Virus record (IMG/VR): IMGVR_UViG_3300022743_000002
Location: 1 to 64,000 of that record
Strand: one strand, 5' to 3'
Origin: a virus
Length of the DNA stretch: 64,000 nucleotides
Both the position numbers and the translations under genes were made by a program. Under the pieces are notes generated by a model, which saw nothing but the letters and a program-made list of their open reading frames with translations, had not been told where the DNA came from and did not search any database. Positions 1-9,104 of this stretch are shown here, one piece after another (position 1 is the stretch's first letter; the number at the start of each line of letters is the position of its first letter).

Positions 1-475
1 CCAGTGCACGTAGACCGGCTTGCGCTGCCGGCATGATGATGCCTGGGCCGCCTCCACCGCCTCCTCCACCACCGCCGCCGGGGCGGGCTGGGTGGGGTTG
101 AATTCCGGGTCCCGTCGGTACAGGTGGCGGTGCGAGCTGGGAGAACACTCCAGCGCCCAGCGTGTACGCCATGATCCGGTGCATCTGCCGATTGCGCGTG
201 CCTGGGTCCGGAAAAATCTGGTCGTAGTCAATGCCCATGAAACCCCTGCCGGACTGTCCGGTTGATTTCAGGCGGCGGTTTAGCTCACCGTGGACCTTGA
301 GTAGCTGCTGAAACTGCTTCTCCAGCGCAGCGACCTGGTCGACCGAATTAACGGATACCGGGTTGAACTGTAGCTTGTTGGCCCTGGCGATCTTATTGCC
401 AAGCGCATTGATTTTTTGCTCAAGCGCCGCAGTGTCGAGCTGCGCGTCAACGCCAATGGTAATTTTTTGTGCCAT
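1..475 (-). CDS. N-terminus of probable tail tape measure protein (runs off the window)
   Basis: Manually read ORF from ATG 475 (MAQKITIGVDAQLDTAALEQKINALGNKIARANK...), open to position 1; lies directly after the tail chaperone pair. Confidence 0.65.
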   Translation of the reverse strand, partial: MAQKITIGVDAQLDTAALEQKINALGNKIARANKLQFNPVSVNSVDQVAALEKQFQQLLKVHGELNRRLKSTGQSGRGFMGIDYDQIFPDPGTRNRQMHRIMAYTLGAGVFSQLAPPPVPTGPGIQPHPARPGGGGGGGGGGGPGIIMPAAQAGLRAL

Positions 476-476
476 A

Positions 477-760
477 TCAGCCTAGTTCTTCCCAATCGTC
501 GGAAGCATCGGGCGGTATTTCAGCGCCAATCTGCCTGGCAACGTCGTTTTCGTCAAAGTCCTCGTCCACAACTTCTTCCGCCCGCTTCGGGTCGTCGAAA
601 TAGGTGTGAGCCCAGTTATCGGTCAGCATTTCCTCAAAGGTCAAATCAAGGAAGCGCGGATCATTGGCTGTTAGTCGGTATCTCCTGCGGTACTCAAATT
701 CTACGGTCCTAGACCACTGAAGACCCGTTTCCTTCGCTTGCCTCTGCTGATTTTCTGCGA
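477..760 (-). CDS. Tail assembly chaperone, C-terminal (frameshift) extension
   Basis: +1 frame overlapping the end of the upstream chaperone; YRRRYRLTANDPRFLDLT motif and acidic tail; position between tube and tape measure. Confidence 0.6.
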
Positions 761-1062
761 AACGAGCGCTCCCGTGCGGAGAGCCCTCCATACACAGCGT
801 CCATCTTGGCGTAGGTATCGGGATCCAGTGGATCCAGGGTATCGAGGTCCCATCCTTCAGGTGAACGAACCGTCAGCACCTTGAGAGTTGAAATCCATCC
901 GCCAACGGCCTGCAGCCAGCCGGTGGGTTCGGCACCGTCAATGATGCGGGCGTATTCGACCTGAATCGAAATTTCATCGCGCATGGTTCGCCTGGCAAAC
1001 GTAAACTGCCCAACGCCTTCGACCTGGACAACAAAATCTGATTCTTTTGGGTTGCGCGCCAT
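709..1062 (-). CDS. Tail assembly chaperone
   Basis: 117 aa from ATG 1062 (AAAGGAAA upstream); follows tail tube; contains SFR (TCG TTT CGC) near its end. Confidence 0.7.
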   Translation of the reverse strand: MARNPKESDFVVQVEGVGQFTFARRTMRDEISIQVEYARIIDGAEPTGWLQAVGGWISTLKVLTVRSPEGWDLDTLDPLDPDTYAKMDAVYGGLSARERSFRRKSAEASEGNGSSVV

Positions 1063-1082
1063 GGATTTTCCTTTGGTTATTA

Positions 1083-1117
1083 AAAAAAAGGCCGCCACCC
1101 ACACGGGAAGGCGACCT
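1083..1117 (-). terminator. Rho-independent terminator after tail tube
   Basis: GGTCGCC...GGCGGCC stem followed by a long T run on the minus strand. Confidence 0.7.
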
Positions 1118-1135
1118 GTTGAGTCTATCAGTCGA

Positions 1136-1558
1136 TCAGGCCGACTTGCCGGTCACATCCAGAGCCATGAACTGACCAGACTGCACGACGATCTGGTGAG
1201 CACTGATATCAATGTCGCCCGAACTGTACGAGCAGCCGACATACTTGCGAATCAACTCGCCGCTATCCTTGTCATACTGCTCAAGATCGAACACCAGGCC
1301 CTGCAAGGCGGCGTCGCCATTCTCAGGCACGATGCCGGACGCCATCATGGCGCCCTTGATCAGCACCATTGAGCTCACGCTCAGGCTGTGACGCGCCATG
1401 CTCGGCACGTATTCCTGCGCGTGAATGTCGCCAATGCCGCTGGCCGGCTCCAGCCCGTAGTCGTCGCTGGCGCGAACGGATCGAACCATGCCGATTTGCT
1501 TGCCGTCGAACACAACAACAATCCGGTTACCGCTGCGTACTTTCAGATTTTGCTTCAT
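1136..1558 (-). CDS. Tail tube protein
   Basis: 140 aa directly after sheath; SGNRIVV..GKQIG and GIGDIHAQEYVP resemble SPO1/Twort-type tubes. Confidence 0.85.
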   Translation of the reverse strand: MKQNLKVRSGNRIVVVFDGKQIGMVRSVRASDDYGLEPASGIGDIHAQEYVPSMARHSLSVSSMVLIKGAMMASGIVPENGDAALQGLVFDLEQYDKDSGELIRKYVGCSYSSGDIDISAHQIVVQSGQFMALDVTGKSA

Positions 1559-1569
1559 GATTTTCTACC

Positions 1570-3285
1570 TTATGCCGTTGCCGAACCGGTAAACGGCACA
1601 GCGAAAATGGTGGCGAGAACATAGTTCACGGGGATGACTGGGCTGCACTGGAACTCAACCCTCAGAACATCGCCCTCCAGGCTAGCCGAAATGTTCTTGT
1701 AGGCTGGGCTGGCGGCATCACCAACGATCACACCTGGCCCCTGGGGTTCGGCGCGCGCAAGTTCACGCAATGTCGACTCGGCGATGCTGATTGCGCGGGA
1801 AATAACGAGCGGGTTGCCCTTTTGTCCGCGAAGTACATCAAGGGCTTCGCGGACGTTGCGAGCCACGAAGTCAACCGCCACGCCGCAGGACTGCTCAACC
1901 CGGTTGTAGTTGGTGTTCGTAAGCCACGTGGATATTGACTTCACCACCTTGTAGCCCTTGGGTGTATTTTCCAGGCAGAGCACGCCGCCATTGATCAGCA
2001 AATCAGTGTCTGTCGGGTTGCGCAGGTCACGCTCCAAACCGCGAACCTTGATCGATTTGTTGGTCAGCGGTGTTCCGGGGTTAGATCCGGCAAAGGCGCC
2101 AGCGATCAGTGCCGCGCTAATGTATGGCGGGTACAGCACCAAGTTTCCGGTGGCGTCGTAGTTGTAGTGCCCCAGGTGAACCAGCGAGGTACGGTCACTG
2201 TTGATGGATTTTGCCAAAGCGATCGCTGCGCTATCGCTGGTGCCTGACGGCGTACCACAGATCGCGCGGCGCTCTTTGCGGCCGACGTTTGACATGAACG
2301 CGACGTGCGCGTCAGCCATGGCGTGAATAGCCGGGTCGGAGGATACCGGCGTAATCCACTGAGCGTCGATGGTCTGCAGCGCAGTGAACCCATCGGACCA
2401 GTCACTGTTCGTTGTCGACCCGTCGCTACCGCCAGTCATGAACTGCGCCGCAGCCACCGCAGGTATCGCGCCAACGGACGCCACCCGCGTGGCCGTGACG
2501 AACCCCTCGGACGCGCTATTCAGCCAATCCACGGCCGCCTGGAGGTCGGCGCGAGCCGTGTACGTTGTGGTTTTCACGCTTACCGCGGTCACATAGTCCA
2601 AACCATTCAGGGCAGGCTGGGTATAGTTCCCATCGAGGACGGATGCCGCGAAGCCAGTCACAAGGTTGATGCGATCGACAACATCCTGGATCGTTTTGTA
2701 GACATTCAGGTCGAGCGTCAGGACCGGGGTGCCAGCAGGCGCAGCCAGCACCAGAGACGTTCCGGTAGTCGTCAGCGTCGCCGTAGCCTGGCCGCCCGTG
2801 TAGACGATGGAGAATGCCTGGCGAGCAATGTTGTCCTGCGTGTAGTAGGACTGGCCGCGCTGGATCGTCATGCGAACGCCCGACGTAGACCCTGCCTCCA
2901 CCTTGTAGCTGATGCTGTTTTCTTTCAGGCCGTAGTCCGACGAAGTCAGGTTGATAACGGCCACAGAGCCAGCGGCATTGATAACGCCGGTGGACTGTGT
3001 CGCAGGATTCACGCGAATCGCGATGACCTCGGACGGGCCACTGGTTTCGTTGCTGGGATCAAAGGCCGCCAAAACAGCATCCAGAAGTTCACCGGAAACA
3101 AGCGCAGCCTGCGCCTCAGACGGGCTGCCAAAGCGAAGCGCAGTCTTGGGCTTTCCGCCAGCAGAGCGACCAATCAGAGCGACGGCGTTGCCAACACTCA
3201 AATTCTGATTGCGCATTGCGTTGTCGCTAACGACAGACGCGGTAGTTGGGGAAACCAGTAGCTTCCCGTTAAAAAACACACTCAT
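1570..3285 (-). CDS. Contractile tail sheath protein
   Basis: 571 aa; MTGGSDG, GTPLTNKSI, LINGGVLCLE and C-terminal SPVIPVNYV sheath motifs. Confidence 0.92.
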   Translation of the reverse strand: MSVFFNGKLLVSPTTASVVSDNAMRNQNLSVGNAVALIGRSAGGKPKTALRFGSPSEAQAALVSGELLDAVLAAFDPSNETSGPSEVIAIRVNPATQSTGVINAAGSVAVINLTSSDYGLKENSISYKVEAGSTSGVRMTIQRGQSYYTQDNIARQAFSIVYTGGQATATLTTTGTSLVLAAPAGTPVLTLDLNVYKTIQDVVDRINLVTGFAASVLDGNYTQPALNGLDYVTAVSVKTTTYTARADLQAAVDWLNSASEGFVTATRVASVGAIPAVAAAQFMTGGSDGSTTNSDWSDGFTALQTIDAQWITPVSSDPAIHAMADAHVAFMSNVGRKERRAICGTPSGTSDSAAIALAKSINSDRTSLVHLGHYNYDATGNLVLYPPYISAALIAGAFAGSNPGTPLTNKSIKVRGLERDLRNPTDTDLLINGGVLCLENTPKGYKVVKSISTWLTNTNYNRVEQSCGVAVDFVARNVREALDVLRGQKGNPLVISRAISIAESTLRELARAEPQGPGVIVGDAASPAYKNISASLEGDVLRVEFQCSPVIPVNYVLATIFAVPFTGSATA

Positions 3286-3296
3286 GATGACCTCGC

Positions 3297-3521
3297 TTAA
3301 ACAGGCTGATTAACGAACAAGTCGAACCGGGAGCGGTAGGCCAACCCGGTATCCTTCACGCGACCAGCGGCGCGCTCGACATACGCAAAAGCGTTGATCA
3401 ATTCAGGCTTGGTCATCGTCTCTGACAGCCGAGCGCAAAATTCATTGATTGAAACCCCGGTATCCGGGGCCGCCGTCACCTCGGTGACCTCCGCCTGCTG
3501 CTTGGTGGTCTCGGTTGCCAT
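3297..3521 (-). CDS. Small hypothetical tail/neck-region protein
   Basis: 74 aa, GGAG RBS, tightly packed in the operon. Confidence 0.7.
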   Translation of the reverse strand: MATETTKQQAEVTEVTAAPDTGVSINEFCARLSETMTKPELINAFAYVERAAGRVKDTGLAYRSRFDLFVNQPV

Positions 3522-3530
3522 GTAGTCTCC

Positions 3531-4364
3531 TTAAATAACCAAATTGGATGTAACTGTTGAAATGGCCGGCACGTCGCCGCCGACCCGCACTGGCGCCTGG
3601 CATGAAAACGTGTTCATGACCTGATAAATTGGAGACGGGTACTCGCCATTGATGGCGTCAACGTCTTGCTGCGATAGGTTTGGCTTGATCCATCCGTAGC
3701 TATCGAACACCGACATATTCGCCACCACCAGCCGACGAATAGCTTTACGCAACTCGATCCGCTCGTCGCTATTCAGGGACCAGCCAATGATCATTAGTCG
3801 AACGCTAGCCAACCACCCCTCAGATTCTTCCCAGGAAAATCCGATGGCATCGAACTCGTCGCCGCTAATACTTTCCCCGAGCGCGCGATCGGCAGAGTCT
3901 TCCATTTCCAGGTGAATCGTCACCAGAGGAAAGCGAAGGCCTTGTTCAATGGAAGGAGGCGCCGTGTAAACCTGGATGTAGCCAAGCTCAGTTTGAAAAT
4001 GACCGCGATCACATTCAACGCGGAGTCCCGCTTCAATGCGCTCCCGCATATTCGACATGACGTCGGTTGTGTGATCCTGATAGGTCGCCGTCGGCGTGCC
4101 GCCAACAACATTCCCGGCCACCCAGGTTACATTGTCTGCGGTGTAATAGACTGCCCAGTAATAGAGCACGTCGTTGGCAAGGCCTGAAATATCGAGAAAG
4201 ACTACGTCGCTTCCCTGGTATGCCAGAAATGCGCCGGCATCATCGTGCCCGGAAAAGCTGCTCGTCGTTTTGCGCAACACCCGCCAGACAAGCGAGCCAG
4301 CAGGCGGGGCTACAAATACCCGGACTGCATTCCCCGCATACAAAGGCTGGACCGTTGTGATCAT
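3531..4364 (-). CDS. Putative neck/tail-terminator protein with N-terminal FN3-like domain
   Basis: First gene of the tail operon; start placed at ATG 4364, 7 nt after the late-promoter motif (alternative start 4370). Confidence 0.6.
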   Translation of the reverse strand: MITTVQPLYAGNAVRVFVAPPAGSLVWRVLRKTTSSFSGHDDAGAFLAYQGSDVVFLDISGLANDVLYYWAVYYTADNVTWVAGNVVGGTPTATYQDHTTDVMSNMRERIEAGLRVECDRGHFQTELGYIQVYTAPPSIEQGLRFPLVTIHLEMEDSADRALGESISGDEFDAIGFSWEESEGWLASVRLMIIGWSLNSDERIELRKAIRRLVVANMSVFDSYGWIKPNLSQQDVDAINGEYPSPIYQVMNTFSCQAPVRVGGDVPAISTVTSNLVI

Positions 4365-4371
4365 GGGCATG

Positions 4372-4387
4372 ATTTTGGCGTCACGAC
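4372..4387 (-). promoter_or_regulatory. Late-promoter motif for tail operon
   Basis: GTCGTGAC-GC-CAAAAT-N7-ATG. Confidence 0.75.
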
Positions 4388-4394
4388 ATGCGGG

Positions 4395-4408
4395 CGTGAC
4401 GCCATACT
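4395..4408 (+). promoter_or_regulatory. Late-promoter motif for the inverted neck gene
   Basis: CGTGAC-GC-CATACT-N6-ATG (ATG 4415). Confidence 0.75.
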
Positions 4409-4414
4409 CGCGGC

Positions 4415-5167
4415 ATGAGCACGATCAATTACCGCATCTCGCTAGACCTTGGCGCTCAAATGGAATTGAGTCGCGGCATCAAGGCAGAACTGTTCCCACT
4501 GGTAAATCAGGCTGTGAACGGGATCGCCCAGGCCACGGCGTCGCGCTGGATTGAGGCCGTGCAGCGCGCCAAGCTGTGGAGCGGAGAGAAGGACGCCTAC
4601 GCCAAGACGATCACGTACCGGATGATCGGTGATTTCAGTGCCGTCGTGGAGTCCGATTACCGCTACGCCCAGGATATAGAAACCGGGAGGCCACCGCGCG
4701 ACCTCAAGGCGATGCTGAACACCAGCATGAAGGTGCGGACGACCAACAAAGGAACGCGATACCTGATTATCCCATTCCGGCATAACGCCGACACCGTACC
4801 GGACCAGGCTCGCTCTATGAGCCTGAGCACAATTACCGGCCACGGTCGGCGCGTATCTGGCACCGGCGCCTTCAGCCTGTTGACGCGGGCGCCGGCAACC
4901 GTGCGGCAGCGCCAATATAACTGGGGCGATCGCCTCACGGGTCCCAACGTATCGAAGAACCAGCAAGGCATGGTGCGCATGAACACGGCGACAGGCTCAG
5001 GCAAAAAATCCAGCGCATACCTCACATTCAGGGTTATGAGCGAAAAGTCGCGGGGCTGGATAGTCCCGGCGCAACCAGGTCAGAACATCGCCCAGGGTGT
5101 GGCTCAGGAAATGCAACCTTTGGCGGACGAGTTTTTGGCCGAAGCCGTGAGGCGGACGCTCGGCTAA
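4415..5167 (+). CDS. Putative neck/tail-completion protein, inverted relative to the cluster
   Basis: 250 aa; YAQDIETG..P.DLK, YLIIPFRH and YLTFRVMSEKS.GW motifs typical of myovirus neck/morphogenesis proteins. Confidence 0.65.
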   Translation: MSTINYRISLDLGAQMELSRGIKAELFPLVNQAVNGIAQATASRWIEAVQRAKLWSGEKDAYAKTITYRMIGDFSAVVESDYRYAQDIETGRPPRDLKAMLNTSMKVRTTNKGTRYLIIPFRHNADTVPDQARSMSLSTITGHGRRVSGTGAFSLLTRAPATVRQRQYNWGDRLTGPNVSKNQQGMVRMNTATGSGKKSSAYLTFRVMSEKSRGWIVPAQPGQNIAQGVAQEMQPLADEFLAEAVRRTLG

Positions 5168-5805
5168 CGCCCAAACAAATCCCATTTCCTTGCCACGACA
5201 CGCTTGGGTAGCCTGGCCCCCTGGTGCTCACCTCGGTCACTCAGGTAGTCCTGGAAAATGAAATACTCGTCGTATTTGTTGCCATTGAGTGAGTAGACCA
5301 TACCAGCCGGCGGTTCACCAATGCCACCGGCCCACGTCAGGTGACCGGTATCGCTCACCGCTGGTATTCCGCCCTCGACGATCAGTCGCGTCGTAGGGTG
5401 CAGCCAAAATACCCGCGTGATATCTTTGACCGGGAACAGGACTCGCTCAGTTGGCGCTCCGTGAGTCATTGGCAGACTGAACACATCGGTGCTGTTGCGC
5501 ATGACAATGCGGTCAAACTGCCCGGCATTGTAGATCGGGCTGTCCTCTGGGATACTGAGAACCATGTCGCCATTCTCAAACATGCCAGACTGCATCCACT
5601 GAGCCTGCACCTTCTGGCTTGCCACGCCGGCTATAGTGGAGATGCCGGCATCCCATATACGTCCCTTGCCAACGCACAGCGCGTGCTTCGGGTCCGCCTG
5701 GCCTGACTGCGGGTTTATGCAGGCGCAGGCGTAGGACCTGCGCCATTCGAGCTCTTGCCCAATGTTGCGCAGAAAGACGTTAAATGCGGCCGGATTGAGT
5801 CGCAT
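5164..5805 (-). CDS. Putative head closure (neck) protein
   Basis: 213 aa with CAC..P / LCVGKG motif; follows the adaptor gene. Confidence 0.6.
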   Translation of the reverse strand: MRLNPAAFNVFLRNIGQELEWRRSYACACINPQSGQADPKHALCVGKGRIWDAGISTIAGVASQKVQAQWMQSGMFENGDMVLSIPEDSPIYNAGQFDRIVMRNSTDVFSLPMTHGAPTERVLFPVKDITRVFWLHPTTRLIVEGGIPAVSDTGHLTWAGGIGEPPAGMVYSLNGNKYDEYFIFQDYLSDRGEHQGARLPKRVVARKWDLFGR

Positions 5806-5806
5806 A

Positions 5807-6913
5807 TTACGCCCCCATCACACCAAAACGAACGCCATGAATGGCTGACATGAGGCCACCATTCGACCCCTTTCCGCCATTTAGAATTCGGTCGATCGTG
5901 TCGTGGTGCTTGTCCATATCGACACTCATTGATTGAGATAGGCCGTCGGCGCTGATTGATCCGGATTGCGGCAGGAATGCGTCCTCAATGATCTTCAGTG
6001 ATGCCTTCTTCATAACGACGTCCACCAGCTCAGGGTAGTCTGACGCAGCGTTGGCGAGTCCGGCGACGTAGGTGATCTGGATGGCCAAAGGGATGGACCG
6101 CCCGCCACCAATTGCCTGCATGACGAAGTTATTGAGTGGCGCCACAAACGCTGTGCTTGAGGGAACGAACTGAATGGTTCCGTACTTCTTGTCCATTCGC
6201 AGCCAATCGAGCGGAAGATCGTAATAGGAGCCAGCTCCACCAGGGTAGGCAAAGCGAACTCGACTAACTGACTGCAGCGGCTTGTTTCGCATCTTGATCA
6301 TGCCCCACTTGTCGTTGTACCCGAAAGACTCCGCGCTGTACTCATAACCAGGATCGATCGCCCAGGCCTGGCCGTTCAATGCGGTAATTTCGCCAGCAGT
6401 CGGCGTTTGGGGGAAAAACACAGTCGGAGCCAGCGGAACTCGCAGAGTGTGCGCAATCTCGGACTCGGCGGCGCGCAGCTTTCCCCAGATGTAGTCATCC
6501 GTCAGTGTCACGGATGGCAGCGCGCTACTGTAAGCCAACATCAGACGCTCAGTCCGCATCTTCAGAATTGTGCCAGCCTTGTCGGGAAACAGCGCGGAAT
6601 TATTGTCGCCGAATACCGCAACCTCCATGGGTATCAGCCAGGTCAGCGTGCCCACGGTAACGCGCATAAGTATGTCGCCAATTGGGAGTGCCGCAGTCTG
6701 GGCATTGGACAACGGAACCACAATGCTGCCAGCAGACCAATTGCTGCCAGTGGTTGTCTCCAGCACAGGCATGGAGCCTAGTAGTACGGTTACGCCATCA
6801 ACGGACGTAAATTGCGCAGAAACAACGGTTCCAGAAGCTATGACGTAAGGAATGCCGGCCTGCTTCAAATTGGCGGTGACATTGACAACGGCACCTTGGG
6901 TGATTGGATTCAC
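5807..6913 (-). CDS. Putative head-tail adaptor with extra N-terminal domain
   Basis: GTG start with AGGAG RBS; C-terminal ITYVAG...SISADGLSQS adaptor motif. Confidence 0.7.
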   Translation of the reverse strand: MNPITQGAVVNVTANLKQAGIPYVIASGTVVSAQFTSVDGVTVLLGSMPVLETTTGSNWSAGSIVVPLSNAQTAALPIGDILMRVTVGTLTWLIPMEVAVFGDNNSALFPDKAGTILKMRTERLMLAYSSALPSVTLTDDYIWGKLRAAESEIAHTLRVPLAPTVFFPQTPTAGEITALNGQAWAIDPGYEYSAESFGYNDKWGMIKMRNKPLQSVSRVRFAYPGGAGSYYDLPLDWLRMDKKYGTIQFVPSSTAFVAPLNNFVMQAIGGGRSIPLAIQITYVAGLANAASDYPELVDVVMKKASLKIIEDAFLPQSGSISADGLSQSMSVDMDKHHDTIDRILNGGKGSNGGLMSAIHGVRFGVMGA

Positions 6914-6921
6914 GATTTCTC

Positions 6922-7458
6922 CTAGGCGCCCGAAAGGGGCATATTTGTTGTCACATCAGCCGTCAAAACTTCAACGACCACCGTACTTCCGGTGCTAGCG
7001 GCTGATTTGACATCGGTGAGAGTGAGCGAAGACCGCGAGTTAATAGCCAACATCAACGCATTGTATTGCTCAGTGGTGATGCCCCCGGATGAGCCGCCGC
7101 CTGCGGTACTGATGCCCTGAGCCTGCACTGGCACCACCGACTTCACTAACACCTGAAACACGCCAAGCGTTGGAACGATGGGGTCGCCACCGCCATCCAC
7201 GAACAGGTTGCCGTCAATCACCAGCGTTTGATTCATCTCCATAGGGCGCACACGCCAGCCGTTTTGCAGGAAATAGTAGGGCGGAATGGATAACCCGCCG
7301 CCTAGATCATCCCCGCCAACCTGGCGAAACACGGCGCCGTATTTGGCATTGTCGGATGTGGCAAGCCAGTCCGCAGACCGGCTATAAAGCTCGGTCGCGG
7401 TAACGCTCGCACTGTCAAGTACGATGCGCTTTGTAGCCGCATCAAAAACGATGGCCAT
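6922..7458 (-). CDS. Putative virion accessory protein
   Basis: 178 aa; N-terminus resembles that of the neighbouring 544 aa protein. Confidence 0.7.
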   Translation of the reverse strand: MAIVFDAATKRIVLDSASVTATELYSRSADWLATSDNAKYGAVFRQVGGDDLGGGLSIPPYYFLQNGWRVRPMEMNQTLVIDGNLFVDGGGDPIVPTLGVFQVLVKSVVPVQAQGISTAGGGSSGGITTEQYNALMLAINSRSSLTLTDVKSAASTGSTVVVEVLTADVTTNMPLSGA

Positions 7459-7461
7459 GCT

Positions 7462-9096
7462 TTAAGCGTAGACTCTATCCTGCTCCGCCACCAAAGACAA
7501 ACTAATAGCCTTTGATCGAGTCAGCGTTCCAGTTGCAACCACAAACTTGCCAGAACCGGGGCGAATACCGATGAGTGTAACAGCCCTGTCGGTCGCTGCG
7601 GTAGCCCCGCCCTGCACGTTTCCGTCGTAATCGTAGGTAAATCCGATACTTGCTGCACTGATAGTGCCTGTGATCGGTGAACCAGAGGCGTCGTTCACAG
7701 TGATGGCACCAGATTCGCCGTAGTCGTTGCCTGCTCCGGGAGGTGCAGTGAACATCAGGCGGTAGCTCGAACCTGCACCAACCAAGGGCGCATTGAACGA
7801 GATGGTTCCTGCGGAAGCATAGGGGTAGTCACGGGTGGCAGCCGTGTTGTCGTAGCTGGTGAAGCTGTTGGTATCAGAGGCTGAGTAACCCATGATGGTC
7901 ACGCCCGAGCCGCCGCCGTTGGGGTTGGTCGGTGCGTAGAAGCCGGCCTTCAGTGCAGAACCGACGAAGTTCAGCAGCAGGGATGCAGTCTTACCGGTCA
8001 CCGAGCCGGCAGAGGCCAGGCCGTTGATGTTGCTGTTCTGACGCAGTTGGTACTGAATCTTGGTGTAAATCTGCTGCAAGCTGGCCGTAACAGGCGTTGC
8101 GCGTTGCAGCGTGAAAGACAGACCCGATGCCGAGCCGGTAACGGCCACAGTCGTCGTGATGCTGGTGGCAGTGGGCGTACCAGAGATGGTGTAGGTGCCC
8201 TTGCCTGCGCCCTCGTGAACAATCAGTGTACCGCCAGTGTAATTGGCACCTGTGATGCCGCCAGCAGCCGTGGTGAAGGTCGTTGTGCCGTTCGACACGC
8301 CATCCACGCCAGAGTGCGTGCCAACGTCAACCACGATACCGAAGTCACGCGGGGAACCTGAAGTGTCAATGTCCTTGCTGAAGGCCGTGGCGAAATACTT
8401 GACGTTGATTTCACTGTAAGGTGAGGCAGTAATGGAGGCATCTGCCACCGTCACGTCCAAGTCGGTTTCGTTGTTCAGCAGCAAGTTGACCAAGTACGCA
8501 CCGGTGGCCGTCTTACCTGTGTCTGACAGCACGGAGTCCTTGTACTTCTTCTGGTACTCACGAACGAAGCCCTTGAAGTAGGTGCGCTTGTCGAATGTGG
8601 TCGTGGTGGCGTCAGCAGAGATGTTGCCATACACCTGAATACCTTGGTTCACCTGATCGGTAAAGGTGAAGTTGGTGGGTGCGTCGGTGCTTGCGGCTTG
8701 GTAGTAAAGCTGCGAACCAGAAGACACCACGCCCAGGCCCACAATACCCACGTACTGACGAGCAAGTACGCCGGCCGAGTTATATTCAGACCAACCGCCA
8801 TCTCGTAGCATCTGACGTGTAGCGTCATTAGCAGGTTTCCATCCAGAGTAAGTTGCACCGTCCGTACCGAATTGATACTGACCAGATAACGCATCAAGGG
8901 CGTACATTGGAAATGGACTATCCTGATACGTTGAAGTGGCCCACAAGTCAACCAACTTCGAGTACAGCGCCTGAATGGTCACGCCATCCTTCGCAATCAG
9001 GTTGCCGGCAACGTTTAGAGTAAACGTCTTGGTGGTTTCATCTACCGTAAGCTCGGTGCCCACGTTGAGTTGTGATTTTGATGTGATTTTTGCCAT
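7462..9096 (-). CDS. Putative virion fibre/accessory protein
   Basis: 544 aa, Thr/Gly/Ala-rich beta-strand composition, GGAG RBS. Confidence 0.7.
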   Translation of the reverse strand: MAKITSKSQLNVGTELTVDETTKTFTLNVAGNLIAKDGVTIQALYSKLVDLWATSTYQDSPFPMYALDALSGQYQFGTDGATYSGWKPANDATRQMLRDGGWSEYNSAGVLARQYVGIVGLGVVSSGSQLYYQAASTDAPTNFTFTDQVNQGIQVYGNISADATTTTFDKRTYFKGFVREYQKKYKDSVLSDTGKTATGAYLVNLLLNNETDLDVTVADASITASPYSEINVKYFATAFSKDIDTSGSPRDFGIVVDVGTHSGVDGVSNGTTTFTTAAGGITGANYTGGTLIVHEGAGKGTYTISGTPTATSITTTVAVTGSASGLSFTLQRATPVTASLQQIYTKIQYQLRQNSNINGLASAGSVTGKTASLLLNFVGSALKAGFYAPTNPNGGGSGVTIMGYSASDTNSFTSYDNTAATRDYPYASAGTISFNAPLVGAGSSYRLMFTAPPGAGNDYGESGAITVNDASGSPITGTISAASIGFTYDYDGNVQGGATAATDRAVTLIGIRPGSGKFVVATGTLTRSKAISLSLVAEQDRVYA

Positions 9097-9104
9097 GTCG
9101 GCTC

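Noticed and set aside
45-90. (CCN)n-like low-complexity run
   Set aside because: Simply encodes a poly-Gly linker in the tape measure ORF
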